A stretch of 64,000 nucleotides of DNA from a virus: positions 20,544 to 84,543 of IMG/VR virus record IMGVR_UViG_3300018059_000011; one strand, written 5' to 3'. This document shows positions 8,249 to 18,445 of this stretch, piece by piece; the first letter of the stretch is position 1; the number at the start of each line of letters is the position of its first letter. The notes beneath the pieces were generated by a model. It was not told the DNA's origin, did not search any database, and worked only from the letters and a program-made list of their open reading frames with translations. Position numbers and translations under genes: made by a program.

Positions 8249-10611
8249 CTGCATTGACGAAGATCGACTCCAACGGCACGGGCCTTCGGTTCTGCGAGGA
8301 AGTCTCGCTCGGTGTGCTTTCGGCAACCGCCTCTCAAGTCTGGTATCCGGCTGAGCCCAACACCTACGACAATTTCGGCGGCCAGTTCAAGAAGGTCGCT
8401 CGGCGCCCCATCAATGCGTCGCGCCAGAATCGCAAGGGCGTGACCGTCGATCTCGACGCGGCTGGTGGCTACAACACCGATCTCACGCAGACCAATCTCA
8501 TCCGGTTGCTTCAGGGCTTCTTGTTCGCGGACGCCCGCGAGCCCTACGACAGCCAGTCGATCAACAATCAGGGCAGCGCCCTTACCGCCGTTGAAGATAG
8601 CGACGACACCTATCGTTTCTCCTACGGCAATGATCTCGACCGCGTGCTGGGGCAGAGCCTCGTGTTCGCCACCGATCTGGCAACGACCGCGAACAACGGT
8701 TTGAACGTAGTCAACTCGGTGACTCGCGCGCTCGCCGCCGGTACGCTGACGCTGACGCCCGGCGCAATCGTCGATGACGTTGTGGTTATCGACGGCGTGT
8801 ACTATCAGTTTGACGCCACGGTCACTGCGGGCTCTGGCACCGGCTTCGACCCCTACGTTGTGGACATCGGCGCGAACGACACCGAAGCCTTTGCCAATCT
8901 CGTGAAGGCGATCAATGCGACCGGCACACCCGGCACGGAGTATAGCTCCGCGCTTGTGAGCGCGCATCCGACTGTCGAAGCCATTTCCAGCAATGCGACC
9001 ACGATGGTCGTGAACGCCCGTAGCTACGGATACGCGGGCAACAGCATCGAGACCAGCGGCACCGGCAATGACGGCCTCGCTTGGGGCGGCACCACGCTCT
9101 CCGGCGGCACCGCGATGATCGACGTTGACGCGAGCCTCACCGACGAGACTGTCGATGACGACCACGCGGGAGGCACCCTGACCTTCACCGCTGGCGCAAT
9201 CGCCGATGACATCGTTGAAATCGACGGCGTGTTTTATCAGTTCGCGGCGGACCCCACCACGGGCACGCCGGATGGCTCCGAAGGCGATCCGTTCCTCGTC
9301 GATGTCGGCGGCACCGATACGATCTCGCTCGCCAATCTTCGCAAGGCGATCAACGCCACGGGCATCGCCGGAACGACCTATGCGGCGGAAGTCGTTGTCC
9401 ATCCGACTGTGACTGCGGTTTCGTCCGGTGCGACCACGTTGGTTGTGCGCGCGAAGGCTGCGGGTACGGACGGCAATGCAATCACGACTTCAGTCACGCT
9501 CTCCAGCACCGATGACGGCCTCGCTTGGGGCAGCACCAAGCTCTCCGGCGGCAACAACACTTCGGCCCGTGTCCGCGTGGTCGGTTATCAGTTCGCATCC
9601 TCCACCGTCGATGTGGTCGTGTCTTTCACGCATCCGAGAATCTCCCGCGCTTCCGGCGCTGTCGATTTCACTACGTTCGGTCTGGTCCCAGGCCAATTCC
9701 TCTGGGTTGGCGGCGATGTCTCTGGCAAGAAGTGGGTCAACGAGAACATGAATGGCTGGGCTCGCGTTCGCGAGGTCGGCGCCGCCTACATCGAGTTCGA
9801 CAAGACCTCGGCGGATTGGGCCGCTGAAACCGGCACCAGCTTGACGGTTCAAATCTTCTTCGGCGTGGTCCTCAAGAACGAGTCCGATCCTACGCTCATC
9901 AAGCGCCGGTCCTATCACCTGGAGCGCTCTTTGGGCTCGCCGGATGACGCCGACCTGACCGCGATCCAGAGCGAGTTGCTCACGGGCTCGGTTCCGAACC
10001 AGATGACCCTGGACTTCAAGACCGCCGACAAAGTGACGGTGGACTTGTCGTTCCTTTCGACCGATGACGTGCAGCGCACGGCCACGGAGGGCTTGCTCTC
10101 CCAGGCTGCGGTTCACGGCGGCGGCGCCGCTCCGGGCATCGTCAACGAAGACGCCTACAATACGTCGAACGACTTTTCGCGGCTGAAGATGGTCATCCTC
10201 GACCCGTTGGATTCCAGCCCGTCTCCGCTGTTCGCGTTCTTGCAGGATTTCAAGATCACGATCAACAACAACCTGAAGGCCAACAAGGCGATCTCTGTCC
10301 TTGGCGCCTTCGAGGTCACCGCCGGTCAGTTCGTTGTGACCGGGACGACCACGGCGTACTTCGCCGACATTGCTGCAATCGCCGCCGTTCGCAACAACAG
10401 CGACGTGAGCATCGACTTTGCGCTTTCTCGTGACAACGTGGGCTTCGCGGTCGATGTGCCGCTGATCTCGCTGGGCGACGGACGCGCTGACGTGAAGCAG
10501 GACGAAGCCATCATGCTGCCGTTGTCCATCGACGCGGCTGCCGACCGGCTTTTCGACTATACGATCCTGTTCGAGTTCTTCCCTTACCTGCCGGACGTTG
10601 CCGCCGAGTAA
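8245..10611 (+). CDS. Major tail tube protein with two tandem inserted domains
   Basis: KIDSNGTGLRFCEE...EPNTYDNFGGQ...RRPINASRQNRKG; inserts at 8734-9108 and 9166-9552. Confidence 0.88.
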   Translation: MTALTKIDSNGTGLRFCEEVSLGVLSATASQVWYPAEPNTYDNFGGQFKKVARRPINASRQNRKGVTVDLDAAGGYNTDLTQTNLIRLLQGFLFADAREPYDSQSINNQGSALTAVEDSDDTYRFSYGNDLDRVLGQSLVFATDLATTANNGLNVVNSVTRALAAGTLTLTPGAIVDDVVVIDGVYYQFDATVTAGSGTGFDPYVVDIGANDTEAFANLVKAINATGTPGTEYSSALVSAHPTVEAISSNATTMVVNARSYGYAGNSIETSGTGNDGLAWGGTTLSGGTAMIDVDASLTDETVDDDHAGGTLTFTAGAIADDIVEIDGVFYQFAADPTTGTPDGSEGDPFLVDVGGTDTISLANLRKAINATGIAGTTYAAEVVVHPTVTAVSSGATTLVVRAKAAGTDGNAITTSVTLSSTDDGLAWGSTKLSGGNNTSARVRVVGYQFASSTVDVVVSFTHPRISRASGAVDFTTFGLVPGQFLWVGGDVSGKKWVNENMNGWARVREVGAAYIEFDKTSADWAAETGTSLTVQIFFGVVLKNESDPTLIKRRSYHLERSLGSPDDADLTAIQSELLTGSVPNQMTLDFKTADKVTVDLSFLSTDDVQRTATEGLLSQAAVHGGGAAPGIVNEDAYNTSNDFSRLKMVILDPLDSSPSPLFAFLQDFKITINNNLKANKAISVLGAFEVTAGQFVVTGTTTAYFADIAAIAAVRNNSDVSIDFALSRDNVGFAVDVPLISLGDGRADVKQDEAIMLPLSIDAAADRLFDYTILFEFFPYLPDVAAE

Positions 10612-10674
10612 GGGCTGAGTTTAACCTGAGTATCCCTGGGGAGGGGTCATAAAGTGGGTCGTAGACCACCGTAT

Positions 10675-11289
10675 ATGAGGGTGGCCCTTTCGCCAGCGGT
10701 AAAAGCCGCGCAGGAGATTGTTGATAAAGACCCTGTGAATCGGGCGCTTGTTTATCGTGTGACTTCGCCATCGGGGAAATCCTACATCGGCGTCACTAGT
10801 AACCTCAATCATAGACTGAGGCGGCACGCTAAAAATAGATCGCATATCGGGAACTCGATTCGCGCATACGGCATCAAGAATCACGTAACAGAAGTGTTGG
10901 CGGTCCTTCCAAAAGAAGAAGCTTTTGCGCTTGAACAAAGAGCAATTGAAGCCTTTGGGACGTTGGCGCCAAATGGCATGAATCTGGTCTCTGGTGGTTT
11001 GGGAATGCAAAATCCAAGTGCAGAGACTCGGACCAAGCTTTCAGATGCTGGCAGAAATATTTCTCCCGAGACAAGAGCTAAAATGGTGGCCGCCCAAATG
11101 GGGCGTATACATTCTGAAGAATCAAGAGCCGCGAGGAGAGGTCAGAGACGCTCCGCAGAAACTAGGGCTAAAATGTCTACATCGCACAAAGGCAAAACTC
11201 ATTCCATTGAATCTAAGGCTAAAATATCGAGGGCAGTCCACGCTAGATATGCCCGGCCCACCCTTGTAGGGGCCATTCATTTGGCGTAG
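10675..11289 (+). CDS. GIY-YIG homing endonuclease with NUMOD3-like repeats
   Basis: LVY...YIG...LEQRA...GMN; SAETRTKLS/SPETRAKM repeats. Confidence 0.88.
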   Translation: MRVALSPAVKAAQEIVDKDPVNRALVYRVTSPSGKSYIGVTSNLNHRLRRHAKNRSHIGNSIRAYGIKNHVTEVLAVLPKEEAFALEQRAIEAFGTLAPNGMNLVSGGLGMQNPSAETRTKLSDAGRNISPETRAKMVAAQMGRIHSEESRAARRGQRRSAETRAKMSTSHKGKTHSIESKAKISRAVHARYARPTLVGAIHLA

Positions 11290-11320
11290 AATCAAATATA
11301 ACTTGGAGGAGAGTCCTATC

Positions 11321-11734
11321 ATGAGTTCCATTTTCGACGCATACAAAACGAACACCGATGCCGAGAAGGAAGGCAAGTGGTTCCCGAGCGCGTTTGTGCC
11401 CGAGGCCGAGTTCTTGCTCGCGCGTGCCGGTGGCGCCAACACCAAGTTCAAGCAGAAGGTCGCGGTGGCTCTGAAGCCTCATCTGCGGCGCCTGCAAGAC
11501 ATGAAGATGCCCGAGGAAGAGACGAATGCCATCGTCATTCCTATCTTCGTGGACTACGTGCTGCTCAACTGGAAGGGCGTCAAGCTGACGGACAAGACCG
11601 AGTATCCGTTCTCGAAAGAGAACGCGATCAAGGTGCTCACGTCGCTGCCGGACCTGTTCGCCGAATTGCGCGACAAAGCGCAGGAGTTCTCGAACTTCAT
11701 CGACGAGGCAATCGAGGACGCCGTAAAAAACTGA
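11321..11734 (+). CDS. Tail assembly chaperone (gpG-like)
   Basis: GGAGGA RBS; EKEGKW...LARAGGAN...LLNWKGV...LPDLF; lies between tube and tape measure. Confidence 0.85.
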   Translation: MSSIFDAYKTNTDAEKEGKWFPSAFVPEAEFLLARAGGANTKFKQKVAVALKPHLRRLQDMKMPEEETNAIVIPIFVDYVLLNWKGVKLTDKTEYPFSKENAIKVLTSLPDLFAELRDKAQEFSNFIDEAIEDAVKN

Positions 11735-12159
11735 CGGCGGTCCTTCTCTGGGAATTGGAGCAAGGGCCGAAGGCAGAGTTCATCGCCGAGATGGCGAGGA
11801 AGATGAAAACCGGCGTACCCAAAAAGATCGCCGAGCCACCGACCCTGCCTTCCTGTCTGGTATTCTACTACGAGGCATTCCTGACACTTTCGTCATGCCG
11901 CCAAGTCAGCATGTCGGAGTATCGTATTCCTTGGACTGCGGCCAACGAGTACGGCAAGCGTTACGAGATGCTGCCGTTCGAGTTCGAGGACTTCTGGGTC
12001 TTGCTGTCGGCTATGGATGCGGTGTATATTAAGCACAGGAACAAGGAATCCGAGAAGCGCCAGCAGGGCGCTAGGAAGCCGCCTGTAGGAAAGCCAGACG
12101 ATAGTGGGAACTCAGCCGTTCACGTTGTTCGCAAAGGTCATAACCAAGCGCGCCGATGA
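11725..12159 (+). CDS. Tail chaperone -1 frameshift extension (gpGT-like)
   Basis: Slippery A_AAA_AAC at 11725-11731 just before TGA; -1 frame continues LTAVLLWELE...AFLTLSSCR...IPWTA. Confidence 0.85.
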   Translation, partial: KKLTAVLLWELEQGPKAEFIAEMARKMKTGVPKKIAEPPTLPSCLVFYYEAFLTLSSCRQVSMSEYRIPWTAANEYGKRYEMLPFEFEDFWVLLSAMDAVYIKHRNKESEKRQQGARKPPVGKPDDSGNSAVHVVRKGHNQARR

Positions 12160-12625
12160 AATGGCGAAGTCCGCTGGTGAGATTGTCGCTGTCGCGGCCA
12201 GGGCCATAGGCGAGGACGTGGCGACCGAGACCCCAGTCGATACCGGGGTAGCCCGCTCCAATTGGATAATGTCCATAGACGCGCCGACCGGCGAAGTCAT
12301 ACCGGCCTACGTTCCGTATCCGCGCACCCATCAGCAGCATCGCATCGGTGAGTACAAGCATCAGGCCGCGACCGGCCAGGAGTACGGCTTTGGCCGGAAA
12401 GAGGAACGGGCGAATCTCGCCGCCGTGCTCGCGCAGCATGAAGCCGCCGTGGCCTCGTTCGATCCCGAGCGCAACAATGCGATCTATCTCTGCAATAATG
12501 TCGATTACATTCGTCGTTTGAACAACGAGGGATACTCCCCACAGACCGAAGCGTTCTTCGTTCAGCGTGCCGTGCAAAAGGGCATCACGAAGATTCGCTC
12601 GATGAAACTTTTGAAGGCGGCATAA
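12104..12625 (+). CDS. Neck protein (HK97 gp10-like)
   Basis: TPVDTGVARSNW and NNVDYIRRLNNEGYSPQ motifs. Confidence 0.85.
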   Translation: MGTQPFTLFAKVITKRADEMAKSAGEIVAVAARAIGEDVATETPVDTGVARSNWIMSIDAPTGEVIPAYVPYPRTHQQHRIGEYKHQAATGQEYGFGRKEERANLAAVLAQHEAAVASFDPERNNAIYLCNNVDYIRRLNNEGYSPQTEAFFVQRAVQKGITKIRSMKLLKAA

Positions 12626-12626
12626 C

Positions 12627-15600
12627 ATGGCCTCAGAAGCATTCATCATTGTCGTCCAGCAGAAAGGCGTCAAAGAAGCCAAAGCCGAAATGGACGGCTT
12701 GGCTGAGGCCGGTGGCAAGGCTGCGAAATCGACTACGGGTCTCGGCACCGCTGCATCCAGTTCCGAGAAGCACATCAGTGCGATCCGTGGGTCTCTGGCC
12801 CTCATGCGTAACGCCCTTGTGGCGTTGTCGTTCGTGCGGATCATCACTGGCGTGACCGATCTCGTAGATTCGTTCATCAACATGGAGTCGAAGCTCAATC
12901 TCGTCACCAAGTCTACGACCGACACCGGCATCGCCATGCAGGCGTTGCTTCAGGTCGCCAACGAGACTCGAGCTCCGTTGGATTCCACGGTGACGTTGTT
13001 CACCCGACTTGCCCGAGCTACAGCCGGATTGAAGCTCACCAATGGCGAGTTGCTGGACATCACTCGGTCGTTGAACCAAGCATTCGTTATCTCCGGTGCG
13101 ACCGCCGATGAAACGCGCAATGCCATCACCCAGTTGACGCAGGGCTTGTCGCTTGGCATTTTGCGCGGCCAGGACTTGCGGTCGGTGACCGAGTACGGTT
13201 CCCGTGTCGCGAAGATTTTCACCGATGAAATCAATAGGCAGGGCCTCGCCCGCGACCGCAACAACAAGTTGCTGCCGGGCGAGTTGTATTCTTGGACGCA
13301 AATTCATAAGAACGTCCTGACCACGAAGATCGCGGTTGAAGCCTTTAGGCACGCCCAGGAGCCTCTCGCCGCCGAGTTCACCCAGACCTCCAAGACCATT
13401 GGTCAGGGGTGGACCCAGCTTACGAACGTGTTCACGATCTTCTTCGGCAATCTCGCCACGAATAGCGGAGTTGTCGCCGGGATCACTGGTGCCCTGGACT
13501 TCTTGGCGAAGAACATCGGAGCCGTCACCATCGCAGTGTTGGGCTTTGCCGCTGCCTGGGCGTCGTTGCTCATCATCCGTACTTTCATCGGTCTCGCCGG
13601 TCAGATCGTATCCGCGTTTCTCGGCATCTGGCGCGCTCTTGGATTGGTGACTGCCGGTTTTCGTATTCTCGCGGTCACTGTCGGGACCATGACCGGCGCC
13701 GGATTGATTGTCGCTGGTATCGCCGCCGCCATCTTCCTCGTGGTCAAAGTTCTCCAAGCTTTCGGTGTCACCTGGGATGACGTTTGGGAGGCTGCGAAGT
13801 CCACGGTAGCTGGCATCATCGCTGCGATCCAAGTTCTTGGCGACATCTTCTACAACATCTTCACCGGAATGGCCCTCGTCGCTGTCCGCGCGTTCAATCT
13901 CGTGTCGGAGAAGTTTACTGCGTTCTTGAACTTTTTCCGCACGGAACAGAAGAAGCCGTTCCTGCTCGTCGAGCCCGAAGGCCCAAAGAACTTCGGCAGC
14001 GTCAGCGAGGACTTCGCGCGCCACTTCGCCGATAGCAAGAAGGCCGTGGACGAGACCATCAAGTTCATCAACAATGCGGTCAAGAGCGGCATCACCGATG
14101 ACGCGATTGCCGAGTGGAAGAAGAAGCTGAACGGCCTTGCCACCGATGCCGGGGACGCTGGAGACGAGATCAGCAAGAAGGTCGCCGGTCTCGTGAACCA
14201 GATCGAGTCGTTCATAGCCAGGGTCAGCCCGCTGTTCGACGTGACCTCGAAGATGGACAAGTTCAAGAAACTTGTTGCCGATCTCACCGCCGAGAAGGGC
14301 GGTGCCGCTGCGTTGAAAAAGGTCTTTGACTTCTCGGTGGCGGCTGGTGGCCCCGGTAGCATCGAAGAAGTATTTCGTCGTGTCCGACGTGAAGAGATTG
14401 GCGTCGGTAACGCCAGCACCGATCTTTCGGAGCGCTTGAAGCTCCTGAAGGGATATGTGGATGATGGCACAATCTCCTGGGAAGAATATAGCTTCGGAGT
14501 GAATGAGGTCAACATCAAGGCGCTCAAGGCCCAGCATGACATCGCCAGCGGCGTGGCCCTGGCCGGATTCGAGCAACAGCAGAAGATGATGAATGAGGCG
14601 TCCATTGCCGCGAAGGCGCTCGGAGCCGCCTACGAAGACATCAATGCGATTCACGATTACACCATTGCCCAGCAAGTCCTCAGTGATGAACTGAAGAAGC
14701 ATCCGGGGGAATACGACGCCATCACTCGGGCGATGCGCGAGAATGAACTCGCTATGCTCTCGAAGAAGACCGATTTTGGTAGTGGCATCCGCCGCGCCGA
14801 GATCGAGGCCGAGAAGCGTGCGCTCGACGACGCCACGATTGCTCAGGGCGCCTACACCGATGCGCTGAAGCAAGTGGACGCGCAACATACGTTCGTTGTC
14901 ACCCAGCGGACTTTGAACGACATGCTCGCGCAGGGCAAGATCGGTTGGGACCAGTACACCGAGTCGATGCGGGCCGCTGAGAACACGATGCTCCAATTCG
15001 ACAAGACCGCCGAGTCTGGTTTCCGTCAGGGTATCCTCCAGATCAAGGACGAACTCACCGATGCCGCATCCACGGCCAAGACCGCGTTTGTTGATGCGTT
15101 CCACGACATGCAGGATGCGCTCGTGGACTTCCTCGACACCGGTCATTTCAGCTTGCAGAAGTTTGCGGGCGATCTCACGCACAATTTGAACAAGCTCGCG
15201 GTCCAGCAGGTCTTCGGCCCTGCCATCGGCCAGCTTCTTGGCATCGGCGCCCCCAATACGCCGGGCTCCAGCGCGGGCGGCGGCCTTTTCGGGCTGCTCG
15301 GTCCACTCTTCGGCGCCACGGGCCTGGGCGGGCCTGGGGCTGCCCCCAAGGGCACCTTGACCGATCCCCTGCATGTGATCCTCGCTGGCGGTGCTGGTGG
15401 CCTGGGGGGCTTGGCATCCCTGCTTCCAAGTGGGGGCGGGAACCCCGGTTCGGCGATCTTCCAGAACGGTAATTGGATTCCCGGCGCCGAGGGATTCCCC
15501 GAGAAGATCGGCGAGGCGATCACGACTTCTGGAACTAACCTGACCGGCGGTATCGAGCAATCCTTGACCGGCGCCACCGGGGGCGGTGGCTTCCTCAGCA

Positions 15601-16013
15601 GCCTCGGTAATCTGTTTTCGCAGGGCGTGTCCGGCATCGGCAACTTGCTCGGTAGCATCGGCAGCGGGATCGGCGGCCTCTTCGGAGGCGGTGGGGGAGG
15701 CGGCGGTATCGGCAGTTTCCTTGGCGGTGCCCTCAGCCTCATTGGGTTGGCCGGTGGTGGCGACTTCGATGTTGGGGGTGCTGGAGCCACTGACAGCCAG
15801 ATCGTGGCATTCCGTGCGTCTCCAGATGAGCATGTCTCGGTCACGACTCCTGGTCAGCAGGCGCGTGAAAATAAGGCTCAAACGAATACGCCAATCCAGT
15901 TCACGATGCACGTTCACGGGGTTTCGGATGCCAATAGCTTTGCCCGTGCCGAAGATCAGATTTATGCGTCGGCAATGCAGCGCCTCAGTCGCGCTTCGCG
16001 TCGCAACAACTAA
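12627..16013 (+). CDS. Tape measure protein
   Basis: 1128 aa; AITQLTQGLSLGILRGQDLRSV tape-measure motif; Gly-rich C-terminus with AGGGDF. Confidence 0.93.
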   Translation: MASEAFIIVVQQKGVKEAKAEMDGLAEAGGKAAKSTTGLGTAASSSEKHISAIRGSLALMRNALVALSFVRIITGVTDLVDSFINMESKLNLVTKSTTDTGIAMQALLQVANETRAPLDSTVTLFTRLARATAGLKLTNGELLDITRSLNQAFVISGATADETRNAITQLTQGLSLGILRGQDLRSVTEYGSRVAKIFTDEINRQGLARDRNNKLLPGELYSWTQIHKNVLTTKIAVEAFRHAQEPLAAEFTQTSKTIGQGWTQLTNVFTIFFGNLATNSGVVAGITGALDFLAKNIGAVTIAVLGFAAAWASLLIIRTFIGLAGQIVSAFLGIWRALGLVTAGFRILAVTVGTMTGAGLIVAGIAAAIFLVVKVLQAFGVTWDDVWEAAKSTVAGIIAAIQVLGDIFYNIFTGMALVAVRAFNLVSEKFTAFLNFFRTEQKKPFLLVEPEGPKNFGSVSEDFARHFADSKKAVDETIKFINNAVKSGITDDAIAEWKKKLNGLATDAGDAGDEISKKVAGLVNQIESFIARVSPLFDVTSKMDKFKKLVADLTAEKGGAAALKKVFDFSVAAGGPGSIEEVFRRVRREEIGVGNASTDLSERLKLLKGYVDDGTISWEEYSFGVNEVNIKALKAQHDIASGVALAGFEQQQKMMNEASIAAKALGAAYEDINAIHDYTIAQQVLSDELKKHPGEYDAITRAMRENELAMLSKKTDFGSGIRRAEIEAEKRALDDATIAQGAYTDALKQVDAQHTFVVTQRTLNDMLAQGKIGWDQYTESMRAAENTMLQFDKTAESGFRQGILQIKDELTDAASTAKTAFVDAFHDMQDALVDFLDTGHFSLQKFAGDLTHNLNKLAVQQVFGPAIGQLLGIGAPNTPGSSAGGGLFGLLGPLFGATGLGGPGAAPKGTLTDPLHVILAGGAGGLGGLASLLPSGGGNPGSAIFQNGNWIPGAEGFPEKIGEAITTSGTNLTGGIEQSLTGATGGGGFLSSLGNLFSQGVSGIGNLLGSIGSGIGGLFGGGGGGGGIGSFLGGALSLIGLAGGGDFDVGGAGATDSQIVAFRASPDEHVSVTTPGQQARENKAQTNTPIQFTMHVHGVSDANSFARAEDQIYASAMQRLSRASRRNN

Positions 16014-16024
16014 CGGAGAGCCGC

Positions 16025-16999
16025 ATGACTTCGTTTCATAACGTGAGGTTGCCGGAAGAGATCGAGTCTGGTGCCCAAGGCGGACCCGGCTTTAAGACCA
16101 CGGTGCTGACGCTCTCGTCCGGCTTCGAGAAGCGGAATATAGAATGGTCGCGTTCGCGTGGCTCGTGGGACATCAGCTACGGCATTCAGACCAAAGATGA
16201 TGTCGGCAGCGTCATAGATTTCTTCTATGCCCGGCGGGGCAAAGCCTATGGCTTCCGGTTTAAGGACTGGACGGATTTCGAGATCACCAATCAGACCATT
16301 GGCACGGGTGATGGCGTTGCCGTTGTCTATCAGGTCTTCAAGAATTACCAAGATGATGGGGGGTCGTTTCAGCGCAAGATCACGAGGATCGTGGACGGCA
16401 CCCTGAGCGTCTACGTGAATGCGATTTTGAAGTCCGATCCCGGTGACTACACCGTTGACATCGACACCGGCCTCATCACGTTTGGGACCGCGCCCGGAGC
16501 CGTTGCCACGAGTGTGCTCACGTCATCCTCCAATTACTCTGTCGGAGAGACCGTTGTCATCGGCGGCAAGACCTACACTTTTGAGTCTCCTGTAACCAAT
16601 GTTGACGGCCATGTCTTGCGCGGCGGTAGCGAGGCAGCGTCGATGGCGAACCTGCATTATGCTATCAACAAGAGCGGCGGAACCATCGGCACAGACTATG
16701 CTCTTGCGACCACTGCCAATGCGTTTGTCACGGCGACCGACAACGGAGTTCATGCGCTCACGGTCACAGCTATCACCGGGGGTGCCGCAGGCAATGCCAT
16801 CACTACCGCCGAGACCTGTGCCCTTGCGGCATGGGGTCCGAACACCGCGTATCTGACCGGCGGTGCCGACGCCGATGTCACCGTGACTTGTGAGTTTGAT
16901 GTTCCAGTTCGTTTCGACACTGACAAGTTGCCGCTGAAGGCGACCTGGGAAGATGCTATCGAAGTCCCCCAGATTCCAATCGTAGAGATCAAGGAATAA
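16025..16999 (+). CDS. Distal tail protein (DUF2460-like, GTA-type) with inserted domain
   Basis: GAQGGPGFKT...FFYARRGKAYGFRFKDWTDF...EFDVPVRFDTD; insert at 16505-16864. Confidence 0.9.
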   Translation: MTSFHNVRLPEEIESGAQGGPGFKTTVLTLSSGFEKRNIEWSRSRGSWDISYGIQTKDDVGSVIDFFYARRGKAYGFRFKDWTDFEITNQTIGTGDGVAVVYQVFKNYQDDGGSFQRKITRIVDGTLSVYVNAILKSDPGDYTVDIDTGLITFGTAPGAVATSVLTSSSNYSVGETVVIGGKTYTFESPVTNVDGHVLRGGSEAASMANLHYAINKSGGTIGTDYALATTANAFVTATDNGVHALTVTAITGGAAGNAITTAETCALAAWGPNTAYLTGGADADVTVTCEFDVPVRFDTDKLPLKATWEDAIEVPQIPIVEIKE

Positions 17000-17002
17000 C
17001 CA

Positions 17003-18445
17003 GTGAAGACGATCTCAAGCGGATTGGACACGCATCTCACCGAAGAGGTCACGACGTTGGCCCGGTGCTGGAAGATCACGCGCCAAGACGGCGTTCAGTT
17101 CTTCTTCACCACCCATGACGCGAACCTGACTTTCGAGGGAGATGAGTACATCTCCATGAATGGATTCAATACGACGGCGATTACCAGCAGTGCGGCTCTT
17201 GACGTGGACAATCTCAACGTGGCCGGATTCTTCGAGGAGGAGACGATCACTTCCGAGGACTTGGCTGCTGGGTTGTTTGACTACGCCGATGTCCGCCTCT
17301 TTTTGGTTAACTGGTCTGACATCAGCCAGGGTGCCCTTAAGCTCCGGCGCGGTTGGTTCGGTGAAGTTATTCACACCCCGAGTGGGATGTTCAAGGTCGA
17401 ACTTCGCGGCATGACTCAGGCGCTCGCGCAGCATATCGGCGAATTGTATGGCCCCGAATGCCGCGCCGATCTCGGTGACACACGCTGCAAAGTTCCGATT
17501 GATCCTGATCTCATTCAGCGGCTCACCGCTTACGAAGTCGGCGACTACGTGAAGGTCGTCACGGACAGCGGGGCCTTCGGCTACGCGCAGTACGAGAACC
17601 GCGTCTATAAGTGCATTTCCGCAGGCATCACCGCCGATGCCCAGCCGGTTTATGACACCGGGGTGGGCAACACCACGGATGACGGTGGCGCTGCTGGTGG
17701 TGGGACTGTGGCTGTCTACACGGCTCCGGTCTCGAACTATACGCTTGGTCTTTTCATACGCATTGACGATTTCCAATATACCTTTGTGACGACGCTGACC
17801 TCTTCCTCTCCTGGTAATGTCCTCATTGGAACGACGGTCTCTGACTCGCTCGATAATCTTTTCAATGCGATCACCGGAGGCCCCGGAGCCGGAACCACGT
17901 ACAATGTCGATACGCCTGTGAACACGACTGTGACCGCGACTGAAGGCGCCGGCACTATCACCGTTGAACTCGCCGACTTCTCGATCCCCGGCCAGAACGT
18001 ATTGCTCTCGGCTTCCATCCTCAGTGGGACATGGGACGTGGCTTCGCTCTCCACGTCATCGAATGCCTGCGTATTCCAGGCAGTGGAGGCATGGTCTCGA
18101 AATTTCACGGTGACCGGCGTTACCGATCATGACACCTTTGCGATCTCGGTTGACGAGTCTCGTGCGGTCGATGGTTGGTTCGACGGCGGCGTTCTTGTTT
18201 TCGATGAAGGCCCGAACCATGATAAAGGCTTTGAGGTCAAGACCTGGACAAATTCCGGCGGGGCCGTGAACTTGTACCTTCCGGTTGGTTTTGATATAAC
18301 TATAGGTGAGCGTGGTCGCATCTATCCTGGGTGCGACAAGAGTTTGGCGACTTGCCGTGATAAATTCAACAATCTTTTGAACATGCGCGCCGAGCCGTAC
18401 CTGCCAGGAAACGATGCTGCCTTCACATACCCGGATTCGCACTAA
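17003..18445 (+). CDS. Baseplate hub protein (DUF2163/BR0599-like) with nested inserted domain
   Basis: TTLARCWKITRQDG...CRADLGDTRC...GCDKSLATCRDKFNN...EPYLPG. Confidence 0.9.
   Translation: MKTISSGLDTHLTEEVTTLARCWKITRQDGVQFFFTTHDANLTFEGDEYISMNGFNTTAITSSAALDVDNLNVAGFFEEETITSEDLAAGLFDYADVRLFLVNWSDISQGALKLRRGWFGEVIHTPSGMFKVELRGMTQALAQHIGELYGPECRADLGDTRCKVPIDPDLIQRLTAYEVGDYVKVVTDSGAFGYAQYENRVYKCISAGITADAQPVYDTGVGNTTDDGGAAGGGTVAVYTAPVSNYTLGLFIRIDDFQYTFVTTLTSSSPGNVLIGTTVSDSLDNLFNAITGGPGAGTTYNVDTPVNTTVTATEGAGTITVELADFSIPGQNVLLSASILSGTWDVASLSTSSNACVFQAVEAWSRNFTVTGVTDHDTFAISVDESRAVDGWFDGGVLVFDEGPNHDKGFEVKTWTNSGGAVNLYLPVGFDITIGERGRIYPGCDKSLATCRDKFNNLLNMRAEPYLPGNDAAFTYPDSH

Noticed and set aside
5694-11289. 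Group I introns around the GIY-YIG genes
   Set aside because: Flanking genes are complete and mostly overlap the nuclease ORFs, leaving no room for a ribozyme core
12633-15917. 1094-aa minus-strand ORF
   Set aside because: Antisense shadow of the tape measure gene
2102-18052. Repeated inserted domain as an intein
   Set aside because: No N-terminal Cys/Ser block or C-terminal His-Asn motif; the acidic Thr/Gly/Ala-rich composition fits a virion surface domain
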